Origin: Candidatus Eiseniibacteriota bacterium
Lineage (GTDB): Bacteria > Eisenbacteria > RBG-16-71-46 > CAZAMP01
Reading direction: 5' to 3'
Assembly (NCBI GenBank): GCA_965224245.1
Contig: OZ245046.1
Location: 2,112,001 to 2,176,000 of the forward strand
DNA: 64,000 bases
The notes beneath the pieces were generated by a model. It saw nothing but the letters and a program-made list of their open reading frames with translations. It ran no database searches and had not been told where the DNA came from. Positions 59,086 to 64,000 of this stretch are shown here, piece after piece. Made by a program: the position numbers and the translations under genes. How positions within the stretch are numbered: position 1 is the stretch's first letter; every line of letters starts with the position of its first letter.

Positions 59086-60485
59086 ACGCCTCGCAGGCCA
59101 GGTTCGCGGAGTGGGCCCGAACGTCGGCGCTTCCGTTGTTCGACGAGATCGCGAGATCGGTGCCGTCGCTGGCGCTCCGGGCGTCCGACGGCACCCTCGT
59201 TCGCGGACGCGACGGCGTTCAGCCGGAAGCATCGGCGATCCGGATCGCCATCGAGACTCGGGGCAACGTGCTCGGAACGCTCGCATCCGAGGAGACCGTC
59301 CACGCGTCGCTGGTCGAGGTCCTCGCGTCCGAGCTCACGCGCCGTTTCACCACCGAGACCGATCTCGAGGACGTCCTGGAGACGCTGGCCCAGTGCTACG
59401 AGGAGCTCAACCTCCTCTACCGGCTGGCCAGCTCGGTCCAGACCGAGGACGACTTCGCGTCGGACTGCCGGATCCTCCTCGGCGAGACCGTGGACACACT
59501 CGACGAGCGCAGTGTCGTCCTCATGCTACGGGACGGCGGGCACGACTTCGTCGAGACGGCCGCGTCCGGCGGCCGCGAGGTGTCGGACGCGGTCCGCGCG
59601 GTGGGCCGCAACCGCGAGCTGCTCGATCAGGTGCGATCCGCACCGGCCCCCGAGGAGAAGGGCTCCCGGTCGGTGCGCATCGCGGGCGCGAGCCCGTTCG
59701 GACGGACGATCCTGCCCTACCTGGCGGTACCGGTGTACGACCGCGACGGGATCGGCGGTGCCGTCGTGGCCGTTCACGGCCTCGACGAGCCCCCGATCGA
59801 GTCGGGCGAGATGAAGCTCCTGGAGTGTCTGGCCGCGAAGCTGTCCAGCACGCTGATCCACCGCCAGCTCCAGAACGAGCTCAAGGACATGCTGTTCAAC
59901 ACCGTCCGCTGCCTCGTGGCCGCCATCGAGGCCAAGGACGCGTACACGCGCGGGCACTCCGAACGCGTGTACGAGCTCTCGATCGAGCTGGGTCGTCGGC
60001 TCGGCCTCTCGCCGGCCGATCTTCAGACGTTGACCTGGTCGTCGCTCCTGCACGACATCGGAAAGATCGCGATCCCCGGGGAGATCCTCGCGAAACCCGG
60101 CCGGCTGACCGACGAAGAGTTCGAGATCATCAAGACCCATCCCGAGCGCGGGTGCGTCGTGCTGGAGCCGATTCCTCAGCTGCGCGCGGTGCTGCCGGGG
60201 ATCCGGCACCACCACGAGCGCGTCGACGGCCGCGGATACCCCGACGGGCTGGCCGGAGCGGAGATCCCGCTTCTGGCCCGGATCATCGCCGTCGCCGACA
60301 CCTACGATGCGATGGTCTCGACGCGGGCGTACCGGAAGCCCCGGAGCTTCGAGTTCGCGGTCGACGAGGTCCGCCGCTCGGCCGGCACGCAGCTCGATCC
60401 GACGATCGTGGACGCGTTCCTGGAGCTGATCGACGCAGGGCGTGTCGGTCCCGGGGTCGAGCCGGTGGCCCGGGACGCGGCATAG
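59082..60485 (+). CDS. GAF-like + HD-GYP cyclic-dinucleotide phosphodiesterase
   Basis: KDAYTRGHSERV, LLHDIGK, HHERVDGRGYPDGL, ARIIAVADTYDAM. Confidence 0.93.
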   Translation: MNASQARFAEWARTSALPLFDEIARSVPSLALRASDGTLVRGRDGVQPEASAIRIAIETRGNVLGTLASEETVHASLVEVLASELTRRFTTETDLEDVLETLAQCYEELNLLYRLASSVQTEDDFASDCRILLGETVDTLDERSVVLMLRDGGHDFVETAASGGREVSDAVRAVGRNRELLDQVRSAPAPEEKGSRSVRIAGASPFGRTILPYLAVPVYDRDGIGGAVVAVHGLDEPPIESGEMKLLECLAAKLSSTLIHRQLQNELKDMLFNTVRCLVAAIEAKDAYTRGHSERVYELSIELGRRLGLSPADLQTLTWSSLLHDIGKIAIPGEILAKPGRLTDEEFEIIKTHPERGCVVLEPIPQLRAVLPGIRHHHERVDGRGYPDGLAGAEIPLLARIIAVADTYDAMVSTRAYRKPRSFEFAVDEVRRSAGTQLDPTIVDAFLELIDAGRVGPGVEPVARDAA

Positions 60486-60518
60486 GCACGGCTCGGACAC
60501 CGGAGTCAGGGGGCGCAG

Positions 60519-60857
60519 GTGCTGAACGTCAAGATCACGCGGCTGGGCGTCGCGACCTATCTCGCGCCCGACTTCCCGCTGATCGACGAGCGCCTCTCGT
60601 CGCTCCGCGAGGCGGCCGCGACGGTTCGGGAGTCCGGGGCCTCCGACCTCGTCGTGAACCTCGAGCACGTCTCGGTCCTGGACAGCGCGTCGCTGGAGTT
60701 TCTGATCGACCTGCACACGGAGCTCCGTCAGGCCGGGGGCACGCTCAAGCTCGCGGCCGCCGACGAGCTGTGTCAGGACATCCTGGCCGCCACCCGTGTG
60801 GACAAGACGATCCCCGTCTTCGACGACCTCGAGGCCGTGGGGCGGAGCTACCTGTGA
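60519..60857 (+). CDS. STAS domain protein (anti-sigma antagonist-like)
   Basis: LVVNLEHVSVLDSASL, GG.LKLA, 112 aa. Confidence 0.85.
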   Translation: MLNVKITRLGVATYLAPDFPLIDERLSSLREAAATVRESGASDLVVNLEHVSVLDSASLEFLIDLHTELRQAGGTLKLAAADELCQDILAATRVDKTIPVFDDLEAVGRSYL

Positions 60858-62560
60858 GCACGATCCGTACGCGCCGCCTGCCGCTCGGCGATCAGCTGGT
60901 GGCGCGCGCCGTCATCACGCCCGAGCAGCGCGACGAGGCGCTCGCACTCCACGCGTCCAGCGGTCGCCGGCTGGGCGAGATCGTCACCGAGAAAGGGTGG
61001 GCGACCGAGGCCGACGTCGTGCGCTGCCTGGCCGAGCTTCGCGACCTGCCGTTCGTCCGTCTCCGCCAGGGGCTCGTGGATCGCCGGATCGTCGAGATCC
61101 TGCCCCGGGAGAAGGCCGAGACCCACGACGTGCTGCCGCTCTTCCGGATCCACAACCGACTGTTCCTCGCCACCGCCGACCCGCAGAAGGTCTTCGTCAC
61201 CGACCTCGTCGAGAAGCTGACCGGCTGCCACGTCGAGCTGGTGGTCACGCTCCGCGAGGACATCCGGACCATGCTCGCCGACGCCTACGGCCAGACGGAC
61301 GCGCCCCTCGACGACTTCGTTCCCGGACTCGACGAGGCCGACGTCCAGCTGGTCATGCCCGAGCTCGAGGGCGGCATCGACGACATCGCCGAGCTCGCGG
61401 GCGAGAGCCCCACCATCAACCTCGTGAACCTGATCATCTTCAAGGCGATCAAGGAGCGGGCCAGCGACATCCACATCGAGCCCGAGCGCTTGTTCTTCCG
61501 GGTTCGCTACCGCATCGACGGCATGCTGTACGAGGTGATGAAGCACCGGATCGAGCTGCACTCGGCCGTGGTGTCCCGGCTCAAGATCATGGCCAACCTG
61601 GACATCGCCGAGCGTCGCCTGCCGCAGGACGGGCGCATCCAGGTGCTCGCCCAGGGCCGCTCGGTCGATCTGCGGTTCTCGTCTCTCCCCAGCGTCAGCG
61701 GCGAGAAGATCGTGCTGCGGGTGCTGGACAAGGAATCGGTAAGCCTGGACCTGGCAGAGCTCGGGTTCTCGGGCCAGACGCTGAGTACGTTCCGGGCGCT
61801 TCTTCACAAGCCGCACGGGCTGGTCCTGGTGACCGGGCCCACCGGAAGCGGCAAGACGACGACGCTGTACGCCGGGCTCCGCCATCTGAACTCGCTCGAG
61901 ACGAACATCGTGACGATCGAGGACCCCGTCGAGTACCAGTTCGAGATCATCAACCAGAACCAGGTCCGCGAGGACATCGGACTCACCTACGCGCGAATCC
62001 TCAAGCACGTGCTCCGTCAGGACCCGGACGTCGTCATGGTCGGCGAGATCCGGGACGCCGAGACCGCGCAGATCGCGGTTCAGGCCGCCCTCACCGGGCA
62101 CCTGGTGCTCTCGACGCTGCACACCAACGACGCGGCGAGCGCGATGTCGCGCCTGCTCGACATGGGGGTCGAGTCGTATCTCCTCGCGTCCTCGCTCGTG
62201 GGCGTGCTCGCCCAGCGGCTGGTCCGGACGCTGTGTCCGGCCTGCTCGCTTCCCTACTACCCGTCCCCGGCGGAGCTGACGCTGCTCGGCACCACGAGCG
62301 ATCAGTCGCCGCAGCTCCGGCGCGGAAAGGGATGCTCGGAGTGCTACGACTCGGGCTACCGGGGACGCGCGGGCATCTACGAGCTCTTGACCGTGGACCG
62401 GGCGCTCCAGGACCTGCTCCTGGCCAGCCCCACGCTGGACGACATCCGGACCTATCAGCATGACCAGGACCTCGGGACGCTCCGCGCCGAGGGGATCCGG
62501 AAGATCCTCGAGGGACGGACGACGATCGAGGAGGTCACGCGCGCGGTCCTGATCGACTGA
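60854..62560 (+). CDS. PilB/GspE secretion-pilus ATPase with MshEN-like N-terminus
   Basis: ASDIHIEP, RYRIDG, DIAERRLPQDG, GPTGSGKTT, TIEDPVE, LRQDPD, GHLVLSTLHTN, CPAC..CSEC. Confidence 0.95.
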   Translation: MSTIRTRRLPLGDQLVARAVITPEQRDEALALHASSGRRLGEIVTEKGWATEADVVRCLAELRDLPFVRLRQGLVDRRIVEILPREKAETHDVLPLFRIHNRLFLATADPQKVFVTDLVEKLTGCHVELVVTLREDIRTMLADAYGQTDAPLDDFVPGLDEADVQLVMPELEGGIDDIAELAGESPTINLVNLIIFKAIKERASDIHIEPERLFFRVRYRIDGMLYEVMKHRIELHSAVVSRLKIMANLDIAERRLPQDGRIQVLAQGRSVDLRFSSLPSVSGEKIVLRVLDKESVSLDLAELGFSGQTLSTFRALLHKPHGLVLVTGPTGSGKTTTLYAGLRHLNSLETNIVTIEDPVEYQFEIINQNQVREDIGLTYARILKHVLRQDPDVVMVGEIRDAETAQIAVQAALTGHLVLSTLHTNDAASAMSRLLDMGVESYLLASSLVGVLAQRLVRTLCPACSLPYYPSPAELTLLGTTSDQSPQLRRGKGCSECYDSGYRGRAGIYELLTVDRALQDLLLASPTLDDIRTYQHDQDLGTLRAEGIRKILEGRTTIEEVTRAVLID

Positions 62561-62570
62561 GAGGATTCCG

Positions 62571-63707
62571 ATGGCCGTCGACGTCGCCAAGCTCCAGCTC
62601 GTCGAGCCCGACCCGAACGAGCCCGATCCCGCGCCGAGCCGCTCCCGCTCGATCACCTTGCCGTGGCTGAAACCGACCGTCTCCTCGGACGAGCTGGGCA
62701 TCTTCTGCCGGCAGCTCGCGCTGCTGCTGGAGACCGGAAACGCACTGGTACCGTCGATCGCCGCTCTGGGCGGGAAGCTCGACGGACTCCTGGGGACCAT
62801 CCTGCGTGACGTCCACGCGCGTCTGGAGGAGGGACACAGCTTCTCGGAGTGTCTCTCGAAGCATCCGGGGACGTTCGATCCCCTGTTCGTCAACATCGTG
62901 CGCGCCGGCGAGGCCACCGGAGAGCTCCGGCAGAGCCTCGAGCGCCTGGCGTCGGTCCTCGAGACGCGGACCCAGCTTCACCGAAGGCTCCGCGAGGCCA
63001 TGACCTACCCGATCGTCCTCCTGGTGGTCATGGTGCTCGTGCTGACCTTCATGTCGATCTTCGTCCTGCCCCGTTTCGATCGCATGTTCGCGGACATGGG
63101 CGCCGAGCTCCCGCTGGTGACGAGGCTCCTTCTCGGGTTCGACCGCTTTATCGGCTCAAGCTGGCCAATTCTCGGTCCGATATCACTAGTGGCCGCGTTT
63201 CCGGTTCGGAAGCTGTGGCGGTCGAAGCGGATGTGCAGCTGGCGCGACGACATGAAGCTGCGACTCCCGATCGTGGGGAAGCTGTACACCGAGTCGTACC
63301 TGTTCCAGATGTTCATGAGCCTCGGTCTCCTGATCGGGACCCGTGTCCCGCTCTTGGACGCGATCCGGATCACCCGGGGATCGGTGGCGAACGTGCATTT
63401 CGAGCAGTTCTTCGATCGTCTCGCGGAGAGCGCGGAGGATGGTCTGGGTCTGGCGAACGCGTTCGCCGAGTCGAGCATCCTCCCCGATGCGGTGAAGCTG
63501 ATGATCGCGACCGGGGAGTCGTCCGGATCGCTGCACGTCGTGATGACACGACTCAGTCAGCGATACCGGGACGAGCTGGAGAGCGACATCCGCCGTCTCA
63601 GCTCCGCGATCGAGCCGGTGATGCTGGTCGTGATGGGGATCTTGGTGGGAGTCGTCGCGATCGCGCTGGTTGTGCCGCTGTTCAGGCTGTCACAAGCCGT
63701 GCACTAG
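62571..63707 (+). CDS. PilC/GspF inner-membrane platform protein
   Basis: FCRQLA.LL..G, G.SFS..L..HP..F, AGEATG.L, AMTYP, LP.VG, GESSGSL, IEP. Confidence 0.93.
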   Translation: MAVDVAKLQLVEPDPNEPDPAPSRSRSITLPWLKPTVSSDELGIFCRQLALLLETGNALVPSIAALGGKLDGLLGTILRDVHARLEEGHSFSECLSKHPGTFDPLFVNIVRAGEATGELRQSLERLASVLETRTQLHRRLREAMTYPIVLLVVMVLVLTFMSIFVLPRFDRMFADMGAELPLVTRLLLGFDRFIGSSWPILGPISLVAAFPVRKLWRSKRMCSWRDDMKLRLPIVGKLYTESYLFQMFMSLGLLIGTRVPLLDAIRITRGSVANVHFEQFFDRLAESAEDGLGLANAFAESSILPDAVKLMIATGESSGSLHVVMTRLSQRYRDELESDIRRLSSAIEPVMLVVMGILVGVVAIALVVPLFRLSQAVH

Positions 63708-63737
63708 TCGACGGCGAACTGAGTCGACGGCGAACTG
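63706..63737 (+). repeat. Perfect 16-bp tandem direct repeat (x2)
   Basis: AGTCGACGGCGAACTG at 63706-63721 and 63722-63737. Confidence 0.85.
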
Positions 63738-63779
63738 CGAATGCGTCGACATGACGTCCTACGTAAGGAGTGGGTCGAG

Positions 63780-64000
63780 ATGCGGAACTTGCTAGGCAAT
63801 CGCTCGGGCTTCACGCTCGTCGAGCTTCTGATCGTCGTGATCATCCTGGGGGTGCTGGCCGCGGTCGCGATCCCCCAGTTCACGACGAGCACCGAGGACG
63901 CGCGGGTGGCGTCGCTCGACACCAACCTGAGCCAGGTGCGTAACGCCATCGAGCTCTACTACCACCAGCACAACAATGCGTACCCCGGCGCCATCAAGAC
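63780..64000 (+). CDS. Type IV pilin / GspG-like prepilin (truncated by window edge)
   Basis: MRNLLGNRSG|FTLVELLIVVIILGVLAAVAIPQF...AIELYY; TAAGGAG RBS; not in ORF track. Confidence 0.92.
   Translation, partial: MRNLLGNRSGFTLVELLIVVIILGVLAAVAIPQFTTSTEDARVASLDTNLSQVRNAIELYYHQHNNAYPGAIK

Overview
A GC-rich (about 70% by eye), gene-dense bacterial chromosome segment. PorV-family, FlgD-Ig/T9SS-CTD-like, GWxTD and Bat genes suggest an FCB-superphylum lineage such as Eisenbacteria, Krumholzibacteria or Latescibacteria; this is inference only. I found no rRNA, tRNA, CRISPR or mobile element. From left to right: (1) mreC (partial) and mreB; (2) a minus-strand operon of degenerate ftsA, a GAF-AAA+ activator, purine nucleoside phosphorylase, GWxTD and NlpC/P60; (3) DUF362 and a hypothetical protein; (4) a tightly coupled nucleoside salvage/uptake operon (hpt, dNK, EutN/CcmL, udk, tdk, BMP, ABC, methyltransferase) with divergent add; (5) a degenerate MocA-like protein and a secreted lamin-tail/OB-fold protein; (6) a degenerate cdd, rpiB and deoC; (7) a TonB receptor-PorV-lipoprotein-CTD cargo locus ending in an OB-fold/FlgD protein and an S8 protease; (8) signalling and envelope genes (FHA-GAF-HD-GYP, rhomboid, bactofilin, GAF-PP2C, amidohydrolase, Zn-ribbon, PTS EIIA); (9) a MoxR-DUF58-Bat operon; (10) a kinase-RR-HD-GYP-STAS-PilB-PilC-pilin operon. 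The best candidate for an undescribed system is a putative extracellular nucleic-acid/nucleoside scavenging locus. It joins nuclease-less secreted OB-fold proteins, a TonB/PorV module, a nucleoside ABC importer and salvage enzymes with a lone microcompartment vertex gene and RpiB/DeoC (SPU-BMC-like). Several apparent pseudo-enzymes lie in the same region. All family calls come from motif recognition, not database searches.
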